A stretch of 64,000 nt of DNA, taken from the NCBI GenBank assembly GCA_022703765.1, contig JAKJHQ010000001.1:17854-81853 (forward strand), written 5' to 3'. Numbering within the stretch: the first letter of the stretch is position 1; each line of letters opens with the position of its first letter. Origin of the DNA: Candidatus Wallbacteria bacterium. GTDB lineage: Bacteria; Muiribacteriota; UBA9980. Positions 8,289 through 17,834 of this stretch are shown piece after piece. The notes below the pieces were generated by a model, which was not told the DNA's origin, did no database searches, and was given only the letters and a program-made list of their open reading frames with translations. Both the position numbers and the translations under genes were made by a program.

Positions 8289-8606
8289 CCATAATTGCTG
8301 CGCAGACGCGAGCGAAGCGCGCGTCTGCAAAATAAAAAAACAGAGATGAGCGGAGTAGATTTGAGAAAAAGAAATAATAAATTAGAGCAGAGTAAAGTTG
8401 AGTAGAAATTTTATAGAAAAAGAGAGAAGAGAGAAAGAAAGGCTAAATAAAGTAAAACAAAAAAAAGAGAAAAGCAAACCGAATTAAAGCCGCGTCAGAA
8501 AAGCAGTCGCCGCAAGGCAATAAAGCGTCAGGCAGTTTAGGGGTTGGAAGGGATTTTAAGGGAAGGAAGGGGCCATCGGCACCTTGCCTTCCCTTATCAA
8601 AAAACA
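8289..8606 (+). repeat. Composite structured element, copy 1. It has a perfect 9-bp-stem hairpin, a purine-rich tract of about 180 nt and a long imperfect palindrome.
   Basis: ccataattgctgcgcagacgcgagcgaagcgcgcgtctgcaaaa at 8289-8332. An A/G-rich tract at 8333-8520. aaagcgtcaggc...aggggttggaagggattttaagggaaggaaggggccatcggcaccttgccttcccttatcaaaaaa at 8522-8606. The same modules occur in the same order at 23590-23820. Confidence 0.75.
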
Positions 8607-8633
8607 GGATATTTAAATGGAATAATCGGGGTT

Positions 8634-9281
8634 TTATTTTTCCAGCCATTCGGTCAGTATGGATTTGATATTATTTACGGCCCTGCGTTTTTCGGGGCTG
8701 CTTTTGCCTATATACTGCGTATCCAGAAGGAATTGAAAGGTTTTCACGGCCAGTTCGTCGGATATTTGGGTTTGTCTGCCCGAAGAAAATCCGGAGGCGG
8801 TTTCTTCGCCGGCCTCTACGGAGCGTTCCGCGGAGTCGGCCTGCGGAGCCGGGGCCGCATGGGTTTCGGCTGTTTTAAGAAGTTCGGTCACGCCTTCGCG
8901 GTCGCCTTTTTCGATCGGGCTTTCATCCACAATATGAAGCGCTTCGGCGGCGTCGATTTCGTTGAACATGACCGATTTAAAAAGTTTGGACTGTTCGCTG
9001 GAAAATTCGGCCCATTTCCTGTCATGGTAAAGAAATCTTGAAAATACGCCTATTTCGAGCGGCGATATGACGGCCGCGTCGGCGCCCGCTTCTTTGATGA
9101 GAAGCATATATATCTTGCTGTTATCGATATCGGTTATGAATATGCGTTTATTCCAGCGTGCGAATTTATTGTTGAAGAAATCCGCGGCGTCGAATATGTC
9201 TTTCGACCGTTTGCGGAAGTCGGCGTTCAGGCCCTTTTCTGAAGGCGTCTTGAGCGCCACTATTACTTTGAAAATTTTCAT
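8634..9281 (-). CDS. Hypothetical protein.
   Basis: 215-aa ORF with an AAGGCGG RBS and mixed, non-repetitive composition. The overlapping plus-strand ORF (8544..9041) is G/F-rich, consistent with an antisense artefact. Confidence 0.5.
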   Translation of the reverse strand: MKIFKVIVALKTPSEKGLNADFRKRSKDIFDAADFFNNKFARWNKRIFITDIDNSKIYMLLIKEAGADAAVISPLEIGVFSRFLYHDRKWAEFSSEQSKLFKSVMFNEIDAAEALHIVDESPIEKGDREGVTELLKTAETHAAPAPQADSAERSVEAGEETASGFSSGRQTQISDELAVKTFQFLLDTQYIGKSSPEKRRAVNNIKSILTEWLEK

Positions 9282-9304
9282 ATGACCGCCTTGCTTTTTG
9301 GAAA

Positions 9305-10399
9305 TTATTTGATTTTACCAGCCGTTAATTTTTCGAAAGTTTCGTTCATCAACGGGTATTTAACTATGCCGAGTTTATAATCGAAATGCCACCATTCGTC
9401 TTCGTAAACTGTAAAGCCGGCCTTGTTCATATAGCGTTCTAAAAGTTTTCTGTGCCAGCGGGCGTTAGAGGTAGCGCCTTCGAATTTAGGCGAAGCGCGT
9501 TCGCTGAATTCGTCGTAGCCGCTGCCCATTTCGATCAACTTTCCGGTTTTGAGATCGTAAAGGCCGACATCCACTGCCGTGCCGCGATTATGGCGCGAGC
9601 CTTTCGACGGGTCGGCCACGAAATTTTTCTGCGCGGCAGGCGTCGCGTCGTAAAACATTTTAGTGACGTACCAGGGTCTGTAAGCGTCGTAAACTATCAT
9701 GGCGAGTCCGTGGCGTTCGAGCGAGCGGGCGACATATAAAAGGCCGTAAGCCGCCGGTTTCTGTAAAAACGCGCCGGGCGAGTCATAAAATTTAGCGCCC
9801 ATGAAGTTATTTTCGGTGGCGTAGCGGATATCAAAGATCAGGTTACCGCCGAGGTTTTTAAGGTCCACGAGTTCAGATTCGCATGTGGCGTCGGCTTCGC
9901 GCGGCGGCCCGGCGGAAAGCGCGGCGCGTTTTAATTCGCCGATCGGTTTGAGGGGTTTTATTTTATAAGTCCCGCCGTTTTCGGAGCCGTAAACAAGCTG
10001 TTTATAGAGAGTTCCGTTAACTTCGCAATGGAACCGGGCGCTTCTGACGGGCGCGTAAAATTCAACGGAGCGGATCCCGCCGGGGAGTGAATCGCCGGCG
10101 GAATAACGCATGCCGTTAATTTTTGAAAGGTTATAATACTTGCCGTCGCGGAGTATTTTTAAAACTCCGGAGTCTTCGAGAGCGATAAAGGAATCGCGTG
10201 CGTCGTTAATATTTTCATACCTTCCGAGCAGCGCTTCGATATCGGCGGCGGGGCGGGGCGGCGCCTGGCCGAAAACCTCATTGAACGAGGGTTCCGGCTG
10301 AAAAGCCGGCAGCGAAGATACGTCAAAGCATATAGCCAGCGCGGCAAATATAAAAACTAAAAGGTTAAAAAACCTCGTTTTATTTTTCATTAAGATCAA
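9305..10399 (-). CDS. Secreted D-Ala-D-Ala dipeptidase family protein (VanX/DdpX-like, peptidase M15) with an N-terminal extension.
   Basis: Signal peptide MKNKTRFFNLLVFIFAALAICF. YDAYRP, SRHNRGTAVDVGLYD (the zinc-binding SxHxxGxAxD motif) and EDEWWHFDYK (EWWH[FY]). Confidence 0.6.
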   Translation of the reverse strand: MILMKNKTRFFNLLVFIFAALAICFDVSSLPAFQPEPSFNEVFGQAPPRPAADIEALLGRYENINDARDSFIALEDSGVLKILRDGKYYNLSKINGMRYSAGDSLPGGIRSVEFYAPVRSARFHCEVNGTLYKQLVYGSENGGTYKIKPLKPIGELKRAALSAGPPREADATCESELVDLKNLGGNLIFDIRYATENNFMGAKFYDSPGAFLQKPAAYGLLYVARSLERHGLAMIVYDAYRPWYVTKMFYDATPAAQKNFVADPSKGSRHNRGTAVDVGLYDLKTGKLIEMGSGYDEFSERASPKFEGATSNARWHRKLLERYMNKAGFTVYEDEWWHFDYKLGIVKYPLMNETFEKLTAGKIK

Positions 10400-10423
10400 C
10401 CTTTCTTTTAAAGCGGTGGTTTA

Positions 10424-11935
10424 TTAATATACCGGCTCGATATTCTGCTTCCAGTATTCAAGGAGTGTAAATTCCATGTTAGTTCTGGAGCCTTTTAAAT
10501 TGACGACCGGCATCTGAACCGCCAGGGGCAAAAACACGGGGTCTTCGGAAACGGGCGACAGAGCGGCGTCGGTTTCGCGCTGTATGTTGTATCTGTACGG
10601 GTCCATATTACCGAAGAAGTATTCTTTAAAAAGCTTCTTCTGGGTCGTGGTAGCGCCGTAGGAGCGGTCGATGATCTGGGCCACCGAAGTATCAACGGGC
10701 ACCCAGCCGTAGTTCGGAAGATAAAACTCCGCCCAGAAATGTGGGCCTGCGATTCCGGGGATCAGCTGATAACCGCCGGAGGATTTAGCGGGAATTCCGA
10801 CGGCGCGGCAGAGCGCCGCGAAATACATGCTCTGCGCGCCGCAGTCGCCGTAACCGCGCTGGTGCACGTAAACGGATTCGGGCATGCCGGTAACGCCGAG
10901 GGCCAGGTGGGGCATAAGGCTGTATTTTATATTGTCGAGGACGTAAAAATAAATTTTACGGGCGGCGAGGTACGGATTTTTTTCACCGGCGGTTATTTCG
11001 AGGGCTTTAGCTTTTATTTCGGGCGTAACGGCGGTATTTTTATTATCGCGCGTATATTTTTTATAAAGCGGGCTTTCGACGTCGTATTCGCCGCAATTAG
11101 CGGGATCGATAACGAAGCGCTGTTCATAGCGTTTGTACATGAATTTGATTTCGATATCGAGGTCTTCTTTGAGTTCGGCCAGAGGCACTTCGAAGTAGGC
11201 AAGGCTTATGTCGGTATCGGGTTTGGGCAGGGATTTCAAATATTTCTGCGGCGAGAAAGATATGAAGCGCACGTCGGCCTGCGCGGAGCTGAGTATGGGC
11301 ATCGGGAACCACATCTGCAGAAGGCCGGTTTTGGGGAGTTTACCGCGCGGCACTTTAAGGGTCTGGACGCCAAGATAATCTACGGGATTGATATTGGTTA
11401 TAGAAGGCGGGGTGCAGACGCTCTTGCCGCTGGGCCTGAATATGATATCATAAAGCGCTTCGCAGGGTTTGCTTTTGCTTTTATCGACTTTTTTATAAAT
11501 GTCGTCGTCGCGGAAAAGCACGTTGGCGATGAAATTCTGCTGATAATAGGGTTTGCCGTCGATAAGTATGAAGTCGTTTATTTTACCGGTTTTAAACCAC
11601 GATTCGCGCTCGCCGTCGCCAAACGCGCGAAACGATCTGGCGGCGAGTTTTTTAGCTTCGGCTTCGCCGTATGGGTAGGTAACGAATATTTTTTCGATTT
11701 GTTTTAATCTATGGTTGGACTTAACGAGTATATCATCGTTATTTTCGCGGCCGGCTTCTCTTGCGGCGCGTTCGTACATTTTAACGGCCTTGAAGTAAGA
11801 CGAGTTCTTTTCGAGCTCGCACGCTTTAGAAAAAGTATCGGCCGATGCCGCAAAAGCGGGGCATACCGTTGAAAGTAAAAAAGCTAAAAAAATAAAGAGC
11901 GTTGAAGCTCTTTTAAGCCTGGACGTTAACTTCAT
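10424..11935 (-). CDS. Secreted transglutaminase-like (TGc) cysteine protease-fold protein.
   Basis: Signal peptide with a GGAGG RBS. Cys-His-Asp core context: YGDCGAQSMYFAALCRAVGIPAKSSGGY ... GPHFWAEFYLPNYGWVPVDTS. Confidence 0.6.
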   Translation of the reverse strand: MKLTSRLKRASTLFIFLAFLLSTVCPAFAASADTFSKACELEKNSSYFKAVKMYERAAREAGRENNDDILVKSNHRLKQIEKIFVTYPYGEAEAKKLAARSFRAFGDGERESWFKTGKINDFILIDGKPYYQQNFIANVLFRDDDIYKKVDKSKSKPCEALYDIIFRPSGKSVCTPPSITNINPVDYLGVQTLKVPRGKLPKTGLLQMWFPMPILSSAQADVRFISFSPQKYLKSLPKPDTDISLAYFEVPLAELKEDLDIEIKFMYKRYEQRFVIDPANCGEYDVESPLYKKYTRDNKNTAVTPEIKAKALEITAGEKNPYLAARKIYFYVLDNIKYSLMPHLALGVTGMPESVYVHQRGYGDCGAQSMYFAALCRAVGIPAKSSGGYQLIPGIAGPHFWAEFYLPNYGWVPVDTSVAQIIDRSYGATTTQKKLFKEYFFGNMDPYRYNIQRETDAALSPVSEDPVFLPLAVQMPVVNLKGSRTNMEFTLLEYWKQNIEPVY

Positions 11936-12143
11936 AAAAACCTCCGGTATATTTTATACAAACGCGCGCGAGTCATAAACCTCGGGCGCATTATCATTAT
12001 ATACCAAACAAAGCGGAGGTGTCAATAAATTAAAAGCCATGCCGGTCATAAATAATTAAAAACAAAAAAGATTTTTTTTATCGATAATCGTTAATTTTTA
12101 TGTTATAATAATCCAAAAATTTTTAGAATAAGGAACTGCAAAA

Positions 12144-13607
12144 ATGAGCTCCAGACAGGTAGAAGAAAACGGCCTTTTCGAACTGGCCGACGCGCACCGT
12201 GAAAACATAGAAAACAATTCACTTTACAGTGAAGACCTCAAGCCGGTAAGCATAGAAGAGCGCACATGGAGCAAAAAGCATATAGCTTCGCTATGGGCGG
12301 GCATGAGCATATGCATACCCACATATACGCTTTCGTCCGGGCTTATCACCAGCGGAATGAGCTGGCAGCAGGCGATTTTAACTATATTTCTGGGCAACCT
12401 TATAGTTTTGATACCCATGATTTTAATCGCGGCGGCGGGCACAAAATACGGAATACCGTATCCCGTTTTCTGCCGCGCGTCTTTTGGAACGCGCGGGGCG
12501 CATCTGCCTTTGCTATTACGCGCGGGGGTCGCCTGCGGCTGGTTCGGGATCAACTGCTGGATAGGCGGCGAGTTCATGTACATGGCGTTTGCGGGCTTCT
12601 TTCCGGCGCTGGCGCTTTACCCGCAGGCTAAATTTATAATATTCCTGCTGTTTCTGGCGGCGAATCTGGCAATCGCGTACCGCGGCCATGAAGCGGTCAA
12701 GATGCTCGAAGTTTACTGCGTACCGATACTTATCGCCATAGGAGTCGCGATAGCCGCATGGGCGATTTACGTCGCCGGTTCGCTTTCGGCGCTGCTCAAC
12801 GCCGGCGAAAAGTTCGCGCCGCTGCGCGCCTCGGCCACGAAATCTTTCGGCGAGCTTTTTCTGCCGTCGCTGAACGCAATGATATCATACTGGGCGCCGC
12901 TCGCGCTCAATATTTCCGATTTCACAAGGTTCGCCCGCAGCCAGAAAGACCAGGCGCTGGGGCAGCTTATAGGGCTTCCGCCGGCCATGGCGTTCTTTTC
13001 GATGGTAGGGGTTTTCGGAACGCTCGGTTCGATGATCGCCTTTAATGAAATGATATGGAACCCGGTTTACACGGTGGTGGCGTTTAAAATGCCGTGGTTA
13101 AGCCTTTTAGGCGGCATACTGGTTTTTATAGCGATAATAACCACAAATATAGCGGCTAACGTGGTGGGGCCGTCGAATATCTTTTCAAACCTCAGCCCGC
13201 AAAACATTCCTTACAGGTACGGCGTTTTAATAACGGGCTTCATAGGGCTCATCATTATGCCATGGAAGCTTTACGCCGAGCCTACCGGCTATATTTTCAA
13301 CTGGCTGGGCACTTACGGCTCTTTTCTGGGGCCGCTTACCGGGCTTTATATCGCCGACTACTATATAATCAAAAAGCGTTATTTAAGCATTTACGATCTT
13401 TATTCTGACGATTCAAAACTTTACGGCTACAGCGGCGGCGTTAATTACGTGGCATATCTGGCCTACGCCGTCTCGGTAACCCCTTTCGTAATGGATCTGG
13501 TTTTCGGTTCGTTCGGCGGCGCAGTCGTAAATAATTCGTGGTTCATCGGGCTGGCGCTTTCTCTGGCCGTTTATACGTCGCTGATGAGAATTTTCTACGG
13601 CAAATAA
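12144..13607 (+). CDS. NCS1-family nucleobase:cation symporter (a cytosine/purine/hydantoin/allantoin-type permease).
   Basis: Twelve-TM profile. N-terminus EERTWSKKHIASLWAGMSICIPTYTLSSGL ... PYPVFCRASFGTRGAHLP is typical of NCS1. AAGGAA RBS. Confidence 0.8.
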   Translation: MSSRQVEENGLFELADAHRENIENNSLYSEDLKPVSIEERTWSKKHIASLWAGMSICIPTYTLSSGLITSGMSWQQAILTIFLGNLIVLIPMILIAAAGTKYGIPYPVFCRASFGTRGAHLPLLLRAGVACGWFGINCWIGGEFMYMAFAGFFPALALYPQAKFIIFLLFLAANLAIAYRGHEAVKMLEVYCVPILIAIGVAIAAWAIYVAGSLSALLNAGEKFAPLRASATKSFGELFLPSLNAMISYWAPLALNISDFTRFARSQKDQALGQLIGLPPAMAFFSMVGVFGTLGSMIAFNEMIWNPVYTVVAFKMPWLSLLGGILVFIAIITTNIAANVVGPSNIFSNLSPQNIPYRYGVLITGFIGLIIMPWKLYAEPTGYIFNWLGTYGSFLGPLTGLYIADYYIIKKRYLSIYDLYSDDSKLYGYSGGVNYVAYLAYAVSVTPFVMDLVFGSFGGAVVNNSWFIGLALSLAVYTSLMRIFYGK

Positions 13608-14117
13608 TTTCTAACATAATATAATTTTTTTCAGACTGGTTCGATTTCATGATTTTGACTATAAAAAATTTTTCGCGAAAGTCGAAAATTTTCTGCAGTT
13701 TAGCTTCGTGCAAAGGCGGCTGCATTCGTTTTTTTTCACGTTTCCGCCCGTCCTTATTTGTGAAAGCCCTAATTTTATTAAACATATTACACATTCAGAC
13801 GAATCAGTATTTTTCGACTCATCCGTCACGTTATTTTTGCAGATTACAGGGCTTAAAAAAATAAGCGCCGTATTGGGTTTTTCGTTGAAGTATTTTAAAT
13901 AAGCTTTCACCATAATCCGCCAACGCTCCTTTCTGTTTTTACTTACGCAAAAAATATACAAAAGCACCGGTTATATTTTTATAAGCTGTTATAAAAATAC
14001 AACAACATATGAACGTTAAAGCATAATACATGCCTTAAAAAATATATTATGTTTGAATAAGCGGGAAAAGCGGAGCGTTTATTAGCTTTTTATAACCATC
14101 GTTCACGGTTTAAAAGT

Positions 14118-16442
14118 TTAATCGGTAATATTGAATTTTTTCATGAGTCGCCAGAGAGTCACCCGGCTGATGTTAAGAGCTTTAGACGTTTTGATTTTGT
14201 TATATTTATATTTAACAAGATATTCCAGAAGCGTTTCTATTCCAATTTCACATTTTTTACATTTCGTTTCTACCTGGTTACATTTCGTTTCAGCAAAAAG
14301 CGATTCGCCTTTACAATTCGTTTCATCATAATTTGCAACTATAGAATCTACTTTTTCTTTAATTATTTTGTTATAAAAAGCAGAATATTCTTCAGGCAGA
14401 TCGCTAAGTTTAATTTTTCCATCCCTGCAGATTATATATGCGTATTCCAGCATATTATATAGCTGCCTTGCATTTCCAGGAAAATCATAAGTTAGAAGTA
14501 TCGTCCTTACTTCATCCGATAAAGAGTTAATATTTTTATTTTCCTTAATGTTAAGTCTATTTATGAAACTATAAGCAAGCAGTTCGATATCTTCCCTGCG
14601 CTCCCGAAGAGGCGGTATATTAAAATAAATCACGCGCAACCTGTAAAAAAGATCTTCTCTGAATTTTCCTTCCTCAACAAGTTTTTTTAAATTCCTGTTG
14701 GTAGCCGCTATCAATCTGAAATTAACTTTCACGGTTTTTGCCGACCCCAGCGGTTCGAAACTTTTTTCTTCAATCACCCTAAGTAATTTAACTTGCAGAT
14801 GCATAGGAACTTCTCCAATTTCGTCAAGAAATATAGTTCCTTTATCGGCGGCGGCGAATTTGCCTGGTTTGTCGGTTTTGGCGTCCGTAAAAGCGCCTCT
14901 GACATAACCAAAAAGTTCTGATTCCAGAAGTGTTTCAGGAATCGCCCCGCAGTTTATAACTACGAAAGGGCCGCCATGCCGTGGAGATAAATTATGAATA
15001 GTTCTGGCTATAAGGCTTTTTCCGGTTCCGGACGGGCCTTCTATCATTACGTTACCGCCGCATTCTGAAATGGAAGGCAGCGTTTCAAAAACAAATTTCA
15101 TATATTCGCTTTTTCCAACGACATCTCCAAGCGTATAATTTTTTAACGATTCTTTTTTTACAAGATCGATTTTTTGTTCAAGCTCGATTTTTTCAGTAAC
15201 ATCAGTTACCAGAGCAAGCCTTCCGGCGGCATTGCCCTCGCGGTCCGTTAAAGCAGACGCTGACACTTTGACATATATTTTTTTGCCGCTTTTATGCTTG
15301 AGCAATGCTTCATAATGCCTGGCGTTTCCTCGAGTTAATTTTGAATAAACGTCATAATAAGAATTAAGATTGTCCTGATAAATAAATTCACCGACGTTTT
15401 TCTTTTCTATTTCGGCAGCAGTATACCCAATTATATTAGCCATTTGCCGGTTCAAATATATCGTATTGCCATTGTTATCGATAACCCAGAATCCTTCGCT
15501 GGACATTTCAATAAGTTCATGATAACGTTTTTCGCTCTCTATAAAGGCGTTTTCAACGTTAACGCGCGCGCTTATATCACGAACTAAAGTAATTATCGCC
15601 GGAATTTTTTGAAATTCTGTCATACTGGCGCTTATCTCTACCGGAAATACAGTTCCGTCACTTGCGACATAATGGGATTCATAAAGAAATTTTCCATACT
15701 TTTCAATTTTTTTAAGCCGAAAATCTATCTCTAACCGATGAAATTGAGCGTTAATATCCGCGATAGTCAATCCAATCAATTGATGTTTTTCATATTTTAA
15801 TTTTTGGCAGGCGTGTTCATTAACTTCAAGTATTTTTCCGCTCAAATCGGTAATAATGATTGAGTCGCTGATGGAAGCGAATATTTTTTTCAACTTTAGT
15901 TCAGAGTCAATTATAACTATTTCAGCCTTTTTATACTCGTTTATATCACTTATAGTCATACGGCAGGTTTTTTCTTCGCCGCACCCTTTCGCAATTGAAG
16001 ATCGAATCAAAACCCATTTTTTTTTATCGCCGCAATTCAGCCTTATTTCACAGTTCTGCGGCTCGCAAATTTGAAAAAGTTTTTTACAATGCATATAAAA
16101 AATATCCTGGTCCTGATAGCATATAAAATTCGTAAAATTAGCATTAACAAGTGCATCTCTTTTAAGCCCTAAAAATTCGGCCGCGGTATAATTAGCTTCT
16201 ATAATCAGCCCGTTTTCAGAAATGGTACAGTACCCCACGGGTGCAAGATCATATAATTCAAAATATTTTGCCTTCGAAACGTTAAGTTCGGCGTGAATTC
16301 TGCACAACTCTTCGTTTTGCATCTCCAGCTCAATTTGATAAATGCGGAGGTTATGAAGAAGTTTTCGAGTTTCTTCGAGAGAAAGAGAATCAATATCTCC
16401 ACAGCCGGTTATATATTTACGATTAACGTTAAAATTGCTCAT
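14118..16442 (-). CDS. Sigma-54-dependent transcriptional activator with N-terminal coiled-coil and PAS domains and no receiver domain. Its GAFTGA loop reads GAFTDA.
   Basis: GPSGTGKSLIARTIH Walker A. ESELFGYVRGAFTDA. FLDEIGEVP Walker B. R-finger region REDLFYRLRVIYFNIPPLRERREDI. C-terminal Fis-type HTH SKALNISRVTLWRLMKK. Confidence 0.85.
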   Translation of the reverse strand: MSNFNVNRKYITGCGDIDSLSLEETRKLLHNLRIYQIELEMQNEELCRIHAELNVSKAKYFELYDLAPVGYCTISENGLIIEANYTAAEFLGLKRDALVNANFTNFICYQDQDIFYMHCKKLFQICEPQNCEIRLNCGDKKKWVLIRSSIAKGCGEEKTCRMTISDINEYKKAEIVIIDSELKLKKIFASISDSIIITDLSGKILEVNEHACQKLKYEKHQLIGLTIADINAQFHRLEIDFRLKKIEKYGKFLYESHYVASDGTVFPVEISASMTEFQKIPAIITLVRDISARVNVENAFIESEKRYHELIEMSSEGFWVIDNNGNTIYLNRQMANIIGYTAAEIEKKNVGEFIYQDNLNSYYDVYSKLTRGNARHYEALLKHKSGKKIYVKVSASALTDREGNAAGRLALVTDVTEKIELEQKIDLVKKESLKNYTLGDVVGKSEYMKFVFETLPSISECGGNVMIEGPSGTGKSLIARTIHNLSPRHGGPFVVINCGAIPETLLESELFGYVRGAFTDAKTDKPGKFAAADKGTIFLDEIGEVPMHLQVKLLRVIEEKSFEPLGSAKTVKVNFRLIAATNRNLKKLVEEGKFREDLFYRLRVIYFNIPPLRERREDIELLAYSFINRLNIKENKNINSLSDEVRTILLTYDFPGNARQLYNMLEYAYIICRDGKIKLSDLPEEYSAFYNKIIKEKVDSIVANYDETNCKGESLFAETKCNQVETKCKKCEIGIETLLEYLVKYKYNKIKTSKALNISRVTLWRLMKKFNITD

Positions 16443-16462
16443 TTGCTATCCTTTTTTCATTT

Positions 16463-17806
16463 TCAAACAGCAGTTTCTGGTTCTTTTAAGCTTTTCGAAG
16501 CTTTTTCTTTCATATCGAAAGGTATGGTTACGACAAAGCGGCTGCCTGAGCCCAACCGGCTTTCGACAAAAATTTTTCCGTTAAGCATTTCGACTATGCC
16601 TTTAACAATTGAAAGGCCCAGCCCGGTTCCGCCGTAACGCCTCGTGCTGGAATCATCGACCTGATAAAATCTTTCAAAAATTTCATCAACGTCATCGCTT
16701 GAAATTCCTATGCCGGTATCGGAAACCTCAATAGATACATTCGAAACATTTTCTTTTTTTTCAGATTCATAAATTTTAACTTTGACTTCGCCTTTAGAGG
16801 TAAATTTGATAGCGTTCGCAATCAGGTTTACGATAATCTGTTTAATCCTGAAAGGATCGCCGTACAATTTATAATTTATAGCGGGGTCTATTTCATAGCC
16901 AAGCTCGATTTTTTTCTTTTCAGCAAGTATAGACATCATTTTTACAGTTTTTTCGGCAATATCATTGATATCGAATATATTTTTTTCGAGCTTTAACTTT
17001 TTCGCTTCGATTTTTGAAAAATCCATTATATCATTGATAATTTCCAGCAGATTATTTGACGAATATTTGATCCAGCCAACAAGCTCGGCCTGCCTGTCGT
17101 CGATCCCGCTCATCGAAACCAGCTGTGAAAAACCGATTATGGCGTTTAAAGGCGTGCGCAGCTCATGAGTTACATTGGCCAGGAACCTGCTTTTAGCGAT
17201 ATTGGCGGCTTCGGCTTTTTCCCTGGCGGCGATCAGCGATTCTTCGATAGTTTTAAGGTAGTTTATGTCGCTGACGGCGGTACGGCAAACCATTGCCCCT
17301 TGCTCGTCGCAGGCGGTTAGCGATTCGAGCCTCGCCCAGAAGCATGAAGAATCTTTTCTTTTAAGCCTCAACTCACAATTTCCGGAGAAGGGTTTTTTGA
17401 AAAGGTTCTTCCTGTAATGGTAATAGATATCCTGGTCCTCCGAATATATATAATCGGTAAAATGTTTTTTGACAAGTTCGTTTCTCTGCAGGCCGAGAAG
17501 GTTTGCAAGGGTAAGGTTAGCCTGTGTAATGACCCCTTTTTCGTCTATGCTCAGATATCCGTTGGGGGCCAGATCGTAAAGTTCGAAGTAACGCGCCACG
17601 GACAGTTCCAGCTCGTGCCGCGTCCTTCGTAATTCATCGTTCTGCATTTCCAGCTCGATCTGGTGCACGCGCAGTTCGTGTACCAGACGGCGGGCGTCTT
17701 CAATCGAGAGATTCTGTTCCGCATTATTTTCTTCATTAAGCGATTTTTGCTCCGCAACCCATCGCAGCCTGGCTATTTCATCCATAGCAGCTTGATTACC
17801 GGCCAT
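16463..17806 (-). CDS. PAS-sensor histidine kinase.
   Basis: HisKA H-box ANVTHELRTPLNAIIGFSQLV. HATPase_c N/G boxes NLIANAIKFT and DTGIGI ... GGTGLGLSIV. The N-terminal coiled-coil plus PAS resembles that of the gene at 14118..16442. Confidence 0.9.
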   Translation of the reverse strand: MAGNQAAMDEIARLRWVAEQKSLNEENNAEQNLSIEDARRLVHELRVHQIELEMQNDELRRTRHELELSVARYFELYDLAPNGYLSIDEKGVITQANLTLANLLGLQRNELVKKHFTDYIYSEDQDIYYHYRKNLFKKPFSGNCELRLKRKDSSCFWARLESLTACDEQGAMVCRTAVSDINYLKTIEESLIAAREKAEAANIAKSRFLANVTHELRTPLNAIIGFSQLVSMSGIDDRQAELVGWIKYSSNNLLEIINDIMDFSKIEAKKLKLEKNIFDINDIAEKTVKMMSILAEKKKIELGYEIDPAINYKLYGDPFRIKQIIVNLIANAIKFTSKGEVKVKIYESEKKENVSNVSIEVSDTGIGISSDDVDEIFERFYQVDDSSTRRYGGTGLGLSIVKGIVEMLNGKIFVESRLGSGSRFVVTIPFDMKEKASKSLKEPETAV

Positions 17807-17834
17807 AAATTACCTCACGATCAAATCTAAATTT

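Noticed and set aside
8443-8649. 68-aa minus-strand ORF inside the composite element
   Set aside because: It lies within the purine-rich and palindromic repeat modules. The equivalent region of copy 2 has no ORF, so it is probably non-coding.
8544-9041. Plus-strand ORF of 165 aa overlapping 8634..9281(-)
   Set aside because: The translation is Gly/Phe-rich, as expected for the antisense of a GC-rich gene. The minus-strand ORF has an RBS and balanced composition.
10739-11707. Plus-strand ORF of 322 aa
   Set aside because: It is antisense to the transglutaminase-like gene. The translation is G/F/A-rich low complexity.
11936-12143. Possible riboswitch (purine or TPP) upstream of the NCS1 transporter
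   Set aside because: No conserved riboswitch core motifs are visible, such as CUGAGA for TPP or the purine junction. The region is AT-rich promoter-like sequence shared with the divergent upstream gene.
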